From: Callorhinchus milii | Taxonomy: Eukaryota | DNA: 64,000 nt | Direction of reading: 5' to 3' | Assembly: GCF_018977255.1 (NCBI RefSeq) | Contig: NW_024704742.1 | Location: 95,978,001-96,042,000, forward strand | In this document: positions 40,030-54,785 of the stretch, one piece after another | How positions within the stretch are numbered: the stretch's first letter is position 1 | Layout of the letters: each line of letters begins with the position of its first letter | Program-made: the position numbers and the translations under genes | Notes under the pieces: generated by a model | What the model was told of the DNA's origin: nothing | Seen by the model: only the letters and a program-made list of their open reading frames with translations | The model's database searches: none

Positions 40030-40650
40030 ATAAAGTAAAGTGATGGAAGGAATCATCAACAACACCATCAAGAAAGTAATGAATGACCCGCTCACGGAAG
40101 TTCACTTTGGGTTCTGTCAAAACCATTTAGCACCAGACCTTGTCACATCCCTGAAGGAGACATGGACTCATACCGGTGAGAGTGACAGCCCAACAACCTT
40201 CAGCTGCTTCATTAATGTTCTTCTCTTCTACATAAGGTCATGATCGGAACTGTTCACTGAAGCTTCCACAGTGCTCAGCCCCATTCAAAACACCTCTGAC
40301 AATAAAGAAGCCCATGCCTTCCTGAACCAAAATCTGGATAACATTCAGTTCTCGGTTGGCAAGTGGTTGATAACGATCACTCCATTTCCAACAAGAAAGA
40401 ATCCAGGCACCTGCCCCTGACTTTCAATGAAACAGCCATCACCAAGTCCCCACTATCAACCTCCTTGGGAAATGAAGGAGTCACCTTTGACAAAAACTGT
40501 AACTGGGCCAGCCACAACCACACCGTGACTGCAAGAGCAGAGCCCAGATATTCAGAAACGAGTAGCTTAGCTCCAAACTCCTCAAAGCCTCTAAACCATC
40601 TGTAGGATTCAAGTTAGAAGTTTGACATAATATTCACCACTAGCATGGAG
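40030..40650 (+). mobile_element. Highly decayed LINE RT fragment
   Basis: MEGIINNTIK..HFGFCQNHLAPDL and GVTFDKNCNWASH resemble non-LTR RT segments. Confidence 0.5.
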
Positions 40651-40769
40651 GGGGGAAAAGTTCTTCTGGAATCGGTGGGATTGACAGTCCCAGACCCAGT
40701 GTACGGCAGTTACATTTGTAAATCACACCAAGTTGGAGTAAACTATGGAATCAGTGAAGGCAGCAAAGA

Positions 40770-41520
40770 GTCATTCAAAGAGAGTTTAGTGGGGTATGCA
40801 CATGCCTGCTGACTGGCAAACAAACTTTAATACAGATAAGTGCAAGGAAATACATATAGGAAGCAAAAATAGGAGGTACATGTACACATGTACTCCATTG
40901 GTGGCATAGAACTGCTAAGGGAGAAGCTGAAAGAGATCTAGGGTGTTGGTTGTCTAGTCATTCACTATTTTGTCAAAACCGTGTGAGGCAGCAATAAACA
41001 AGGCACACAGGATGCTGGGCTATATTACTAAAGCAATTCAATTAGAATCCCCCAGATATCGTACTCAAGCTATACAAGCTCTGGTCAGGCTGGACCTGGA
41101 GTACTCATTATAGTTCCGGTTGCTGTGACATAAAGGGGCTCCCCAGGCCTAAGCAACATGGATGATCCCCAATGTTAGAGTAAGTAGCTGAGAACAGCAA
41201 AGAGACAGACTAGAGCTCTTCAGTCTTGAAAAGAGACATATCACAGAGGACCTTATAAATGTATACAAAATGTTTTGAGAAAGCAAATTCAGATATGTTG
41301 ATATGTACGACAGCATAGCAGGATTAAAGTTGCAAAGGGCAATATCAAAAAATACATCAGGAAATATCAATACCAAGAGGGTACATGGAACAGATTACCA
41401 GGAAGGCAGGTTAAGGCCAGAATGCAGGCTAAAACATCTTAGAGCTGTAATGAGAGGTATTCTGAGAGGGGAGATTAATTTGGCGGAAGGGTCTTCTTCA
41501 TCCGAGCCTTTTTCATGATC
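40770..41520 (+). mobile_element. Old CR1 3' fragment
   Basis: WQTNFNTDKCKEIHIGSKN, AINKAHRMLGYI, LKLYK.LVR..LEY, LFSLEKR. Confidence 0.75.
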
Positions 41521-44500
41521 TTGTCAACTAATTGTAGGAACCACCCAAGAGCGTCATGCACCAATGAATGAGTCTAATGTCACCAGAAGGATATTTTCTA
41601 CCCAGCGTGAGTTCTTTCTATAAAGTATCATTTTTTAATTTTCCTTTGTGAGTCAACATCCCTCCAGCCCGCATTGGTTTTGCTTTTCTACATTGTGCTA
41701 TGTTAGGTTGTGCTACATTAGAATGTGGTTGCTGTGACATTTGGTCTGAATCCATCTATGGCTCACTGGCTATATACAATGCAATGCAAATGGCCAAGGG
41801 AAACAGAGATCAATGCAACTCAGTTTCCAGGATCACCATAGGTTGGCAAAGGTACATTGAAGCAGACTGTGAAAATGATTAGCCTCAGCGATTCAACAAT
41901 AATATATTTTATGAAAATATTAAAATGTATTGGCTCCGTCAGTAACGCCATTGCTGATCTTGTGATGTAAGCAACCCAAAAGACTGCCATTTGAAGTAAT
42001 GCACCATTAGAGCGCAGTGGTTGTGCACATGTACATTGGTGTATATGAATTATATACATGTAGTTACAGTATATACAACTGTTAAGTGAATGCTTTTTCT
42101 GACTAGATTATACAATTTGCCAGGTTTACAGCCAAATGACATGGTGTTCATTGCATTCCCTTTCTGCTAGCTTTACCACCTAACTGCAAGTTAAAAGTAA
42201 TGACATGAAACTGCTTAAGTTCTGGAAAATCATCCATTGCAGAAAAATGATGCACTGCAAAGAATTCCTACTGTCATTTCACTGTGACACACCTCCATAG
42301 GTGCGTAAAGCATTATTGCAACACATGGTGCCTGAGGACTTAAAATGCATCTGGTGCAAAGAACTCCATGTTGTGTCACGTTGGCAATCAAGATTTCTGC
42401 TCAGAGGCAAGCACAGGTTGGAGCAAAGTTCTTGTGCATTGCTATGATGTATATTGGCTCAAGGGATCCACTTTACCTCTTGAAGTGCTTTTTCCAAAAC
42501 TTATGCCATTTGCATTGCATTTCCCACTTAAATGCGTTTTCAGCTCTATATAAGCTCATATGAAATTCCAGTTGTGCCCAAGTCTTTAAAAGAACAACAA
42601 AAGTCTCAGATGAACATATTTTAATGAGGTGGTTCTGAGGTTAGTGAAATAAGACACTGGTTTAAACTCAAGGTGCAATAAATACAGAACAGTGGATACA
42701 TCAGAGTGATTACAAGGCAGTAAAATGGTTCAGATGATTTCATAAACCACAAAAGAGTTATTTGAGTGGCTTATAATGGTTACTTGAAAGTAGATTACAA
42801 CCTTCAAATTATACTTGGCATCAGTTACCATATATAAAACATGTAGTTTTAAACATATCTGTTTTTTTCTAGTTTAGGGTGTGGTTTTGTGCCAACAGCA
42901 ACTTTGAATGCACAAAGGGGTGATACTCAGAGAAGAGATTTAGTGGGTGTGATTATCTGACCAGAAGCAATTTTTATACCTACTTCCCATCGTGTGATGA
43001 ATGGGAATCTATTGCTAAAATGCAGTTATTATTGTTGGCTTGCAAGTCAAATATATTTTTGACATGGCAATAAACATCTTGTAGCAATGAACTAAAAGCA
43101 CCAATGTATTTGGCTTTGTTGGAGGAGTTAAAAACCTACATCTTCAATGGGGTCTATGGTTCCCTCCCTTATCCGCCCCAACATCCATCCTACTAGGACA
43201 ATGACAATGCAGCACTCCCCCAGAACAGTGGGGTATCTGCTTGGATCGAAGCTGATACTCTGGTCCTGGTGAGCTCAGCCCTGGCATGGAGTTTGAACCC
43301 AAAACCTTTTGAACCAGAGTGCTACCAAGTAATCAAGGATGATGCTTGGTATTGCTGGCTTCATTCCAAAGAACACAACTTTGAATTTTAGAAACCAAAT
43401 GACCAAAGTAAGCAGGTTGGCTTGTTAAAACATGACTGCATCATGTGAACAGTCTTGCCTACATTTTGCAATATGGCACCAGGATATCATGATGTCATGT
43501 TTATTAGCATTTATTTGAATATATTAACATTCACTCACATGGTAGCATTAATTTTGCACGTTGAAGAACCATATTTGAATAATTCTTCTGTACCACCTGA
43601 TACTGATACATCACTAAGTTAAGGCGCTGCATACCATTATTCCTGCCTGACCAGTAAGTAAGGCAATCACCATGCATGACTATTCAAAGTGTCTTAATGT
43701 CTACAAGTTGGGAAATTGCCCTCTTCAATACTACCAGTTCATGGAGAAATAAGCTGTGGTTGATGACTGGAAAATTGCTGGGTTTGGATTATGTGCCACT
43801 TTCCGCTTCACATGTTAAAAGGGCAAGCATGGATATTTCAGATAAATATTCTTACCTCATTATTTGGATCAAGCAGAGGTGGTTTGAAGATTTAAAGGAT
43901 TATCACAACTTTACTTTATATGGTTGGGTTTCATGAATCATGAATTAAACAAAGGCAGCTGTTGGAAAACTACCAATACAAGGTGTTTCTTGCCAGAAAA
44001 TATGAAATTGTAACCACCTAATGTTTTCCCTGATGATGAGGTTAGGGTGAGAACCAGAACTGAGCTAATACATTGGAACTTTACTATCTTCTCAGTGCTG
44101 AAGAAACTCAGTTTCATCTTCAATACAATGAGCTCTTCTGCAACAATGCTGAAAGTGATAATATGAAGCCTCTGGTAAATCTAAATTGCATCTCATTGCC
44201 AATGAATATGAGTTGTAATAAGAACCTATTAGTGGCTTTTCACACAGGACCATTTAACTGAGATATTGATAAACTGCTGTGGAGCCAGACTAAGGCCCCT
44301 TTATTCAATTGCATTCGAGGAGTTATTGAGTTCAGTTTTATTGTTTACTACTGTGTTCACACCCACTGTGTTCACATGCCTCTTGGAACGCTACGCTGGT
44401 ATTTATGAGGGTACTGTAATAACTTTACGATGCGTTGACACGAAAGACACACGAGGGTGGAAATGACCTCACACGTTGCAAATAAAATCTAGAGGCCATT

Positions 44501-45479
44501 TGAACTTTAGGAGGATGAACAAGCTTTTAATTGAAAAACAATACAAGCCACTATTGGGCACGTTGACATTTTTGTGAAAAATACGTACTAATTTTGTGGC
44601 TATATGCTTCACAGGCTTCAATGCTCTGTGGAGTACTTTGAAATACAGCAGTTGTGCCACCTAAATTGAAATGAAATGGCACTGAGGGGAGTCGGGGAGG
44701 CATTTAAAATGCCACATTAATCCAATCCACAGCCCTCCAACATGGGGCGCCACTAACTATAGGTACTGTGCCAAATTGCGGAGGGAGGATGTGAAACAAA
44801 GTCTTTGTAATAAATGCTTTTTGTTGTGAAATGTGGAACACGCTTATTTTTTTACTATAGGTGGCATTTTATATTCCTGTGGAAGGAGTCCTTTAAGGAG
44901 AACTCAGTGGGAGGACTCGTGCTTTAAAAATGTAATTTTGTTGTTGCTGCTGCTGCTTAGCTTCGTCTGTGTTCTTTATTTTGATCCCACCACTGTTTGG
45001 CTATGTACGTGCTATGTGATGCAAGATGCTGCAGCGCCACGGTTAGCCGGAGCGGCCGCCAGGTATAACTGCAGTATATGCATACATACATATTTGCTCT
45101 GTGACGCATGATGCAACATTGCCATTTTGACTTGGCGGCTGCCAGGTGTAACCCCAGCAAAAAACACAAAACTGAAAATAACTAATCAACAATAGGAGAT
45201 ACCCAAAACCAAATATGCCCATGTCACTCCCAGTTGCAAGTCTTTTCCGATGAGGTATAAATCATGTTTCCACGTCAATAGGTTATTGAGATCCTTCTTG
45301 AAGCGCAGACAAACATTATCATTTTATTATAGATTTAGACTGTTACATATACTTAATAGTTATACAGCCAAGTCCTCTTCCTATGTATACATGGCATACA
45401 TACAGATGTATACCTGTCAAATCATGACTTGTAATGAAGATTAGGATAATATCAGGAATGAGATAATATATATATGAAC

Positions 45480-45890
45480 AGAAGCTGACAATGGTGGGAC
45501 TTTCGTTCCACTGGAGAAAATGAAATTGAAAGAGGCATGATAGAGGTGTGAAAGTTACTGAGATTGCAGATAGGAAACAAATATTTGCTTTACTTGGGGA
45601 ATTGGCGACAGGAGGTCATTGTCTTAGGATTATGAGTGAAGAAAAATTAGTAGAGAGGTTTGAGGGATTTCTTCTCTCAGAGGGATTTTAAGGCTTGGAA
45701 CTGATCATCACCAGTGGCTGGAGAGGCTAAATTAATAGATAAGTTCAAAAGGAAACTGGATAAGCCAAACATTAAGAGATATGAAGAGAGGGGTGCAAAA
45801 TAAGATCAATAAAAGGAACAGTTTAGAAAAATAAGTAGATGTGGATGATACAGTGGGCTGAATAGCCCCCTTCTGTGCAGATAATTTCTG
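45480..45890 (+). mobile_element. Old CR1 3' fragment
   Basis: TTCTTCTCTCAGAGGG..TGGAACT and AAGTTCAAAAGGAAACTGGATAAG, followed by GGGCTGAATAGCCCCCTTCTGTGC tail. Confidence 0.6.
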
Positions 45891-48664
45891 TTTCTGATCA
45901 TTTCTATGTAGTACACTTTTAGATTTACCATTGTAAGGAATCGACAGAAGCAATGCGTTGAAAGGCCTCTTTCTGTACTGAAAGTTTCAATGTAACACTT
46001 TTTACCAGTAATTATTCTTGTATTGACGATGAATTAATGCTGGTAGGCATTTCTACATATAATAATTTTCCGTTGAGTGTACTTGTACATTTCAGAACAA
46101 CAGTTTCTCAAAGCTTTTTGATGTATGACTTATCTGAGTCTAAGAATCTTGTGAGCTGTATATTCATCCAGTTATGGTCTCTTCTTAAAATAAAATTTTA
46201 CAGAACATTAAGTTCTTGAATTTTAAATCATCCTCACTTTGGTAAGTAATAGGAGATGTTGCTTACATCTCAGATCATAGTATGCAACTATTGAGGAACA
46301 GGAGTATATTAGAATTCTGACGCTGAATTGCTTTGGATACTGGACTGGTGGGGTTTGTCAACTTGAGGTACTATGTTACCTAGTGAGCATTGGTAGACTG
46401 GTCTGGGAGCGAAGTCAACGGGTGAGCTTGAGCAAGATCAACGGATGAGCGGGACCAGCATGGGAGTGAGATCAGTGGGAGAGAGGCCAAGGCATTGGGC
46501 ATGCATGAAGGGCCTGTTGCCAAGGTAACAAGAGAGCTTGCTTAGGCAAATTCGGATTGCTTCACCTGTCAAAAAGGTCATCAACCACTGGGCTTGACAT
46601 TGGCATAGTGCTTCATTAAGGAATTTTTAAAAAAATATATACTATTGTATATTTTGTCCCTTTAGTACTAGTCAATTTACTTCTGAAGGTGCTAGTTCAT
46701 GCTTGGATACAATAACATGGATTAGTGCCCCTCTCCAATTCATCACCCAAGTTCAGTCATAGAGGGTCAGTGGGCTAGTTGACCTTCAGAAGCATCGTAC
46801 ATTTGTCCAATCTTGTCCTAATATCCACATGCACATTACTTTCTGTTTAACAACCAGGACCAAGAATCCTAGCCAGTTTTCTCCTTAAGGCTAATGGTAA
46901 AGCTTGGTTATGAAGAAGGCCCTTCGGCCCATCTGATCAAAATACTGCCATCCCAGTGAAAATCAGAAAATGCAACACAAGTCTCAATGGCTCATTTCAT
47001 GGGATAGGCACTTACCAATCGAACCGTTGGTCAACCTTGTACTCTATACTTAGCCTGTTGCAGCTTGTAAAGTGAGATCTAATGTGCAAGTTTCAAAGAT
47101 TGTAACTAGCAAATCCCTGTGTTGCTGCTGATCTTCTGGACTCTTCTCGAATGCTGACTTCATGGACATTGAATCTGTGATTGGTATCCAGCCAGAGCTC
47201 CAAAGAATCAACCCGTTAAATCCGGGATTTACAGATCATTATTATATCAATTAATTATTAATCAGATTATTGTTACATTTGTTAGTCGATTGGAGGATCG
47301 CTTTCTCTCCCCCAAATTATCTGGTCACGTAATCCATATAGTTTGAGGGATATTGCTTTGCGCAATTGGCTTCAACGTTTCGCCCACAAAATACACAGTC
47401 AATCCACTTGATAATATATTCTGTGAAGCGCCTTGAGACGTCTCAATGGCATGATAAGGCACTACACCAAGGATTATTTGCCTTTTGCCTTTTTGCCAAA
47501 CTCGCAAACTCATAATGACTGTTGGTTTAAATAAATTGATATTGACCCGGGGAGTGCAGTAAACCTACAGTTTTGATTCTGATCAATTCAGGTCAATTCT
47601 GTGATCGGAATGTTACTTGCTATGGATGGAGCACAAGTGGGAACATAGTGGTAGGTAGAAACTCTAATTAGTAAAAGAATATTGTGATTGTAATGACCAT
47701 TGGCAAAGCAGACAAGCAGTACCAGACCAGCTCATCAGATAGCTGTGGCTTCCTTTGTCACTTTGAAATAAACAAGGTCACTCAGTGCATCAAACGATAC
47801 AGCTTTGGTAAATAAGCACATGGGTCTTGCAAATACTTTTTGATATGTAGTGTTGCCAGAAATAGTATCAAGCAGATCATGTTTTCCATAAAGGGTTCAG
47901 TGAGACAGGAAGGAGTTGTCCATGTTTATGTCTGCTCTTTACTAATCTAAACCATCAGGTCCCAGAATGAGTGGTTTATTTTCTTGCTCAGATCTACCCA
48001 GTCCGGGTTTCCTTTCAGCATTCTTTGAAGTGACCTGCGCCTCTGCCCTCTTCACCAGACAATCCATACAGAACTCTTGTTCTATGGGTGAGCAACATCT
48101 TGTGTGATTACACAGCCCTTTTCCATTTGGAAACACATGTCTTGTGTGGTTACTAACCACCACTCGATGTATTAGCCAGCCCCTGCTCTGTTTACAAACC
48201 TAATCAAATCAGTAGATTGCAGAATTTTTCAACCCACTGGGCCATTGGGTGTGACACAGGATGCATCTGTCAGTCTTCACGTGCATTTACAGCACCCTCT
48301 ACGTCATTCGTCACAATACACTTTGAAGTACAGCCTTGTTTTCTGTCAGAAGGTATTGGTTGTTTTCTCATAACCCTTTCCACACAAAATCATATCCTAA
48401 ATAAAGCACCAGGTGGTAGCTATTAATAAGAGAACCTTGATTATCCTCCATAACAGAAGGTCCCAAATGGATACTTGCAATTGGTGCATAAAAAAGAAAG
48501 AACTTAGATTTTTTGTGTTTAATCACTTTGAAATGCTTCAGTGTGCTTGATATTTCGGGTCCAGCAACAGGATAGGCATTTGAACACAGCAATGTCCCAG
48601 CAAACATCCATGAGGTGAAGGATTAAATTATCTGGAGAACTGTGGACCAGGGCATGAGGAAAAT

Positions 48665-49050
48665 CATCAACAACACAAACTTGCATTGTGTAGCACCCTT
48701 CATGTAGGGTAGCATCTAACTTTCAAAAATTATCACTCCTCCAATACTTCAGTGAAGTGTCAGCCTACACTATGAGCTCAATTCCTGACATGTGGCTTGA
48801 ATCTGAAACACTCTTCCTCAATCCCTCTGCCTTGCTACCTCTCTCCCCTTTTTCAAGATCTGCCTGAAAGCCTTCCTTTTCGACTATGCTTACTGTCTCC
48901 TCCCCACCCTGCCGGCTTGGAGTCAGGCACTCACTGTTAAATGCTCTGAGATGCTACCCTGCATGGAGGATGCTATATTAGTGTAAGCTGTTGTTGCTGA
49001 ATCCACAATCTTCTAACCCAGAAGCAAAAGGGGCACCAACTGAGACAATC
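48665..49050. mobile_element. SINE remnant (minus) with an L2 3' end (48810-48998, plus) inside it
   Basis: L2 tail CTCTGAGATGCTACCCTGCATGGAGGATGCTAT..GTTGTTG is flanked by SINE head segments GGCTTGAATC and TGAATCCACAATCTTCT. Confidence 0.6.
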
Positions 49051-49174
49051 TAACCTAATTATACACAAAAAAGATGTTAAAAAAGAGTCAGTACCTTTGA
49101 GTTAAAATAGTTTAAAAAAACTATTTCTGTCCCATGCTTTACTGAGCTCTTTCTGATTTGTTTTTAAAATTGCA

Positions 49175-49345
49175 TTGATAATAATAATCCTTGCATTGGG
49201 TATAGCGCCTTATCACAGCATTGAGATGTCTCAAAGTTCTTCACAGAATACACTGTATATTTTGTGGGTGAATCGCAGCAGCCAATTGCGCACAGCAATG
49301 TTGTACAAATAGTCATGGACTGAGTGACCAAATTATTATTTTTTT
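49175..49345 (-). mobile_element. Deu-SINE 3' half
   Basis: GCAGCCAATTGCGCACAGCAATG core and tail. Confidence 0.75.
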
Positions 49346-52300
49346 GAAGGTAGCTATTGTACAACAGCTGAACCCTTCTAAACAAGGAAAACATACACAA
49401 AAACACAGACATTTGCATACATACAAACACACGCACACACATACACAGGTAAAGGACTAATACGATTTAATGGAGCAACACAAGAAGTTGTTGGGCATCG
49501 ATCCTTTCCCTTGTCTGAGAGAGGGAATGCTATTCTGATAGAGCTTCTAGTTAAGAGTGGAAATGCCATTAAGAGGGATACAGTGACAATTACATTTTCG
49601 TATACAGTACGTGAAAGAAATTCCTTTATTATCTGGGACGCTCAAAAAAGGATGCTTCAAAATGACCCCGGAGATAATCCACAGAATTCAAAATATTGAA
49701 GAATTTGAAAAATAAATTTGCTCGATTAAGTAGGGACTTAAAATATAGGAAAGGGAGCAAATAGAATCTATAAACTAAAGCTGAACTTTAACCTTTGCCC
49801 CTTTCCATTGTTCAAAAACTCTTACTTCAAATAGACTGCGGGATCCAACCGAGAGCCTGAGCAGCCTGAGAGGTAAATGTCTCAGACTAGCAGTAGGTTT
49901 TAAGCTCTGTTTGTAATATAAATAAACACAATAATACATATGGAACAGTTTATTGTCGAGGAATTTGCTGCCAGAAAATTAGCTTGTAATTCTATAGTGC
50001 CTATCATGGGATGTGATATTCTCCCAGGGAGGGGAGTGAGGAGAGGTACACAGGGTCTCCCTGGGGCAACACTGGCTCTGAGGAGACATGCCTAGCAGAG
50101 CTCGCCAGATCCACAGTAATCCAAGGCAGAACATGAAGCTGTTGACATGTCCTCAGCCTAGCAAGCCAAAACCCTAAGGGGTCGGCTGTCCGAGCTGGAT
50201 TAGTGCCGTGCTGCCCTGTAACCAATTCATGGGATGTAATTTTGTTTCATGCGCTACATTACTTTTATTTCTGATAATGCAAGTTAATGTCGTTTCAGCT
50301 GGTTAGACTCCAGCAGTACCCTCTGAACTCGCCAAGCCTTGGCTCTTGCCAACCTGAGCCTAATACTTTTCCAAAATTAGGTAAGCAGGATGTGTCCCTC
50401 CAGGGAGAGCGTGCGCTCATTCCAACAATTTATTTTTGGAATTTCCATGTGTAGGTGGGTTGTATGGAATTCTTAGTTTGGTTTGGATACCCTTAAGCAT
50501 GGTGATGAGAATCCACATATGTCAAACACCCGGCTGACCAAAAAAAGGAGGTTAAAGATCAAAGGAACTAATAGCAACTTAGCTAATTGGTTTGAAAGCT
50601 GCTCCAGCAGCAGGAAGCAGAACATAACTTTTGTCTTTGACTGACAGTTAATGGAGGGAGTAGCCAGGAAGGCTGAGGTAATTGGAGTCAGAGGTAAGAA
50701 ATAGGCTAGCATACTAGTCGGGTTAGGATAATTTCCATTTTTTGGACAGGACATACTTGGATACTGAAATAGTGTGCATTTTGAATGCCCATCAAGATAT
50801 TCAAATGTTTCAAAGCATTCAGAAACTTGAATAAGGATGATTCCAGGAATTAGGGCTTTTAGGTTTTGAAGTATGGCCCATAGCGATGGTCTTGTTTTCA
50901 TTGCATAACTGTAGGGTTCGGATGAGTCATTGGATATGATAATTATCATTAGAAATGATCACATTGTTGGAAATTCCACTGCAATCAATATCTCAATATA
51001 TGACTGGGGGTGTGCATCCCCTCTCTCAATTTCTTCAAAACCTGGAGTGACTGTGGTGCACTTCATGGAATATACTGTAAAGCGAATCGACTGTATATTT
51101 TGCTGTGCAGTATTAGACAACTGCAACACTGAACCTCATCTCTTATTGAGCAGCAACTTTAATGATTTTAAAATCATCTAAAACAATCCTAGCAAATCAT
51201 ACAGGATAATCACATAAGGCAGTAAAGGTCCCATAATATCCCTTTTGATTGATTTCAAACCAATTTCAATTGGTTTTGTGGAGTCTTGCTACCAAAACAC
51301 ATTTCAAATGTGGTTATTCCTCCTGTTGACTAACGATTGTAAGAATGATTTGATTTTGATTGAAGTTTTCAGCAAATTTATTCTGAAAACAACGTCGGGA
51401 GCATCACAACTTTTCATAGCCGTTTAGAAAATGTCTCAATCGCATATCAGAGTTCACCCAAAGTGCTGCTGCACTCTATCACCCGGTGAGAACCGTGGAG
51501 GTCTGTTGTGGTGAATGCAATAACATTTATTCAGCTCACTGGGAGATAGATGGCACAGTCTTGTTTCCCAAGTTCAGGAGCGTGTAAGAATGTTTTTTTT
51601 AAAAAAGACAAGTGTTAAAGAAGGACATTTGTTTTCTTCAAGTTTACTCTGAGCAAATACAACAACTTGTATTTATATAGTGGCCCTCATGAAGGGTAGC
51701 GTCTCAAAGTGTTTGCACATGAATGTAGCAGATAAAAGCTGTTGTTATCTGAAAACAATCCAGCTGGATCTGAGCTTAGCTGTTCAGAGATACAATGGAA
51801 GCTTTCCCCAGAATTGAATTTAAATCATGACTAATTCCCGATTAATGACACCAATCTCAAAATTGCTCAATAAAATTTATGCAACTATTGGGATGTAAAA
51901 AAAATGCCTTGTGGTTGACTTTCTAATTTCTACTGTAATATTTAATTGGCTCATTCCTGATTTGTAGCTGTTATAGGTATTGCCCCATTCTTTGTGCTCT
52001 AACAATTGTATTTTTAGCTGTCCGGCAAATTACGTGTAATCTGACATCAATATTTCCACCATTAGTACATAAGATCAATAATAATATATATTAAATAAGA
52101 TCAATGCTAGGAATAGGGTTGCCAGGATCGATGAGGTTCAAATAGGTGCTCCTGAGTCTGTAGACTTTCCTCCGTAGACATAGTTCTTCCCTAGAAAGTC
52201 CCCCATGTGTGGCCCATTATCTCTTTCGTCACTCTCCTTGAATAATACAATAGCAGCTACAATTGGAGCATATGGTATTGCAATAAGGTGGACATATTGA

Positions 52301-54418
52301 AATGCTTTGTGTTGATATGTTGAGAGGTCTATGTTAGATGTTGTGAAACAAAACAATGCAGTCCCCAATAAAATGCAACCTTGTTATCCTTGAGAACCTT
52401 CTCCTTGTCTTTCAAAATCTTCCCATTGTACTGGAGACCGTGGTGCTGTGTCACAATTGCAACCCGAACTGCAGGCACTTTGGGACAGTAGGGAGGTAGA
52501 TCTGAAGCAAAACAGGAGACTCATCAGAATTCCTTTAGGAATCATGACTGGGTCAGGAAACCATCCAACATGTATGGAAGGTCAGGGGTCGCGGCTGCGT
52601 TGCAGTGTCAGGAAAAGCAATAGGCACTTGTTCCAGCTGTGGCCAAGAGTCTAATTTGTTTTAAATAAAATCCATCTGTTACATTTCAAAGTCTTTGTAC
52701 CACTTCCTTCTGGTAGCCCCAGAGGACTACTCTATTACTTTGAAAAACAGCTGCAATTATGATAAGCCTAATCATTCCCTATTTTGTGGTTAAATGCATC
52801 CAGATATCTACTAATATACAATTTCCTATAATATAACATGGACAGAGTTCAAAATGGCATTAGACCTAGTTAAAAAATAGCAATATATTTTATAGATATG
52901 ATCGTTTTTATATGGGCAGCAGGGAATTACAGTACTGTAGATTTTATTGGCATTAGCTGCTGCGCATTAAAATAAGCTAAATGCCAATGAACAAACCTAC
53001 TCTGCCGATGCCAATAAGGCTTGTGGTTTTATCACCGGCAAAACTCCATTCAAAATATATTGGCACAGCTAAAGAGTTGGCTGAATGTTTACAGGATACG
53101 GAAATTCCTCCTCCCCCACCCTGCTCCACACGTACATTATGAACGAGGAGAATAGTCTGTCTGTGGTCTTATCAGAGAGATGGCCTATCGGCTCATCTGT
53201 CCAAACATTCCAGTGAAAATTGTCCTTTTCTTCACTAATTGCTCAAGCAGTTTGACTGATGAGGGTGATTAAGTGGGTAATGGATTATTTCAGAGTCAGA
53301 TCAAAACTAGGAGTCCTGCTGCTGTGCACTGTGCCTCAGGATGCTAATTCTCTTCTGTTTTTCCCCACATGGGATTTTCCAATCTCCGCCAGGCCCAAAA
53401 AGTGTACTAACTAGATCTGATGCACTTCCATTGGGAAGGAAGTGAAGGCAAGCCCCCCCACCACCCCCCATACACTTTCTGGTAGTTATTATGGTTTCAG
53501 TCCGGCTCATTTGGTAGTATTCTTGCTTCTGGCTCAGAAGGTTGCGGGTTCAAGCCCCATTCCAGGACTTCTGAGCTCATAGTGTAAGATGGGAAAAATG
53601 TGATCAAATATAGGGCTGGGGGAAATGTGGTCCTGTTTACCTTTTCATGTGTATGTTAAAGATCCCATGGCACTATTTGTAAAGAGATGGGAGTTTCCCC
53701 TGGTATTCTATCCAGCAAGCCTGAGCCTGCAGATAAATAGATCATATACTTCATGGCTGTTTGTAGGACATTGCTGTGTGCAAATTGGTTGCTGCGTTCT
53801 CTACAAAATACACAGTTACTGCGCTTCAGGGAAACTTTGTGAAGCACTTTGATATGTTTTTATTATTGAATGCAAGGATTACTATTGTTATGTTATTGTG
53901 TAGGACCCACAAATGTCCCAGCTCATTTGCTCCAGCACCTTCCCAACAACAATGAGATGTGTAACTATTTAATTTGGATATTTTAAGTGAATTTGGATAA
54001 GGGAATCTTTTGGATTAGCCAGGATAACCAAGAAGAATGCCTTACTCTTTGAAATAGTGTCATGGGATATTTTAACATCAACCTTGAACACAGGCAGATG
54101 GGGCCAGACTGCAATGACTCATTTGAAAAAGTGATGGAATATATACACAATATTTATTACATTTAATATGGAGGCCTATCACAATGAAATGTCAACTCAA
54201 ATGCAAGGATTAAATATCTTAAAAAGTTTAACAAAAGTAGTTCCTTTGAAGGGGTGGTGAGTCTCTTATATAGTAAGCAGTGAATCATGTTATATAGGCA
54301 AATGTGGCTGACAATTTGCACCAGGAACTTCCCACAAATAGCAATGAGATGAGTAGAAAATAAATATGCTGCTCCCAGTCTCCGCCAGTGCAGCTCCAGA
54401 CATCTGACAGTGATGCCG

Positions 54419-54785
54419 TGGAGTACCTCTAGTTCAGTGGTTAGAGCACTCGCCTTACAAGCGATAGGACCTGGGTTTGATTCCCGAGCAGGGCGACACA
54501 TTGGGCAAGTTTCCTTACTCCACGTGCCTCTGTTTACCTAGCTGTAAGTCGGTTATTATGTAACCCGGTTGTTAATCAATTGGCAGATCGCTTTCTGGGG
54601 GTAATAATCACTTCAAATAATAATAATTCAGTCACTCAATCCAAAACTGTTTGTGGAACTCTGGTGTGCATAGTTGGCTGTTGCGTTTCGTCCAAAAATA
54701 TAGTCAATTCACTTTACAGTACATTTTGTGAAGAGTTTTGAAACATCTCAACGACTTGATAAATCAATGCAAGGATTATTATTAT
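54419..54785 (+). mobile_element. Full-length tRNA-derived Deu-SINE, long subfamily
   Basis: Head TAGTTCAGTGGTTAGAGCACTCGC...GGTTTGATTCC, internal GCCTCTGTTTACCTAGC segment, Deu core and tail. Confidence 0.85.

Noticed and set aside
50473..50949. 158-aa minus-strand ORF
   Set aside because: No domain similarity, non-ATG start and no splice context.
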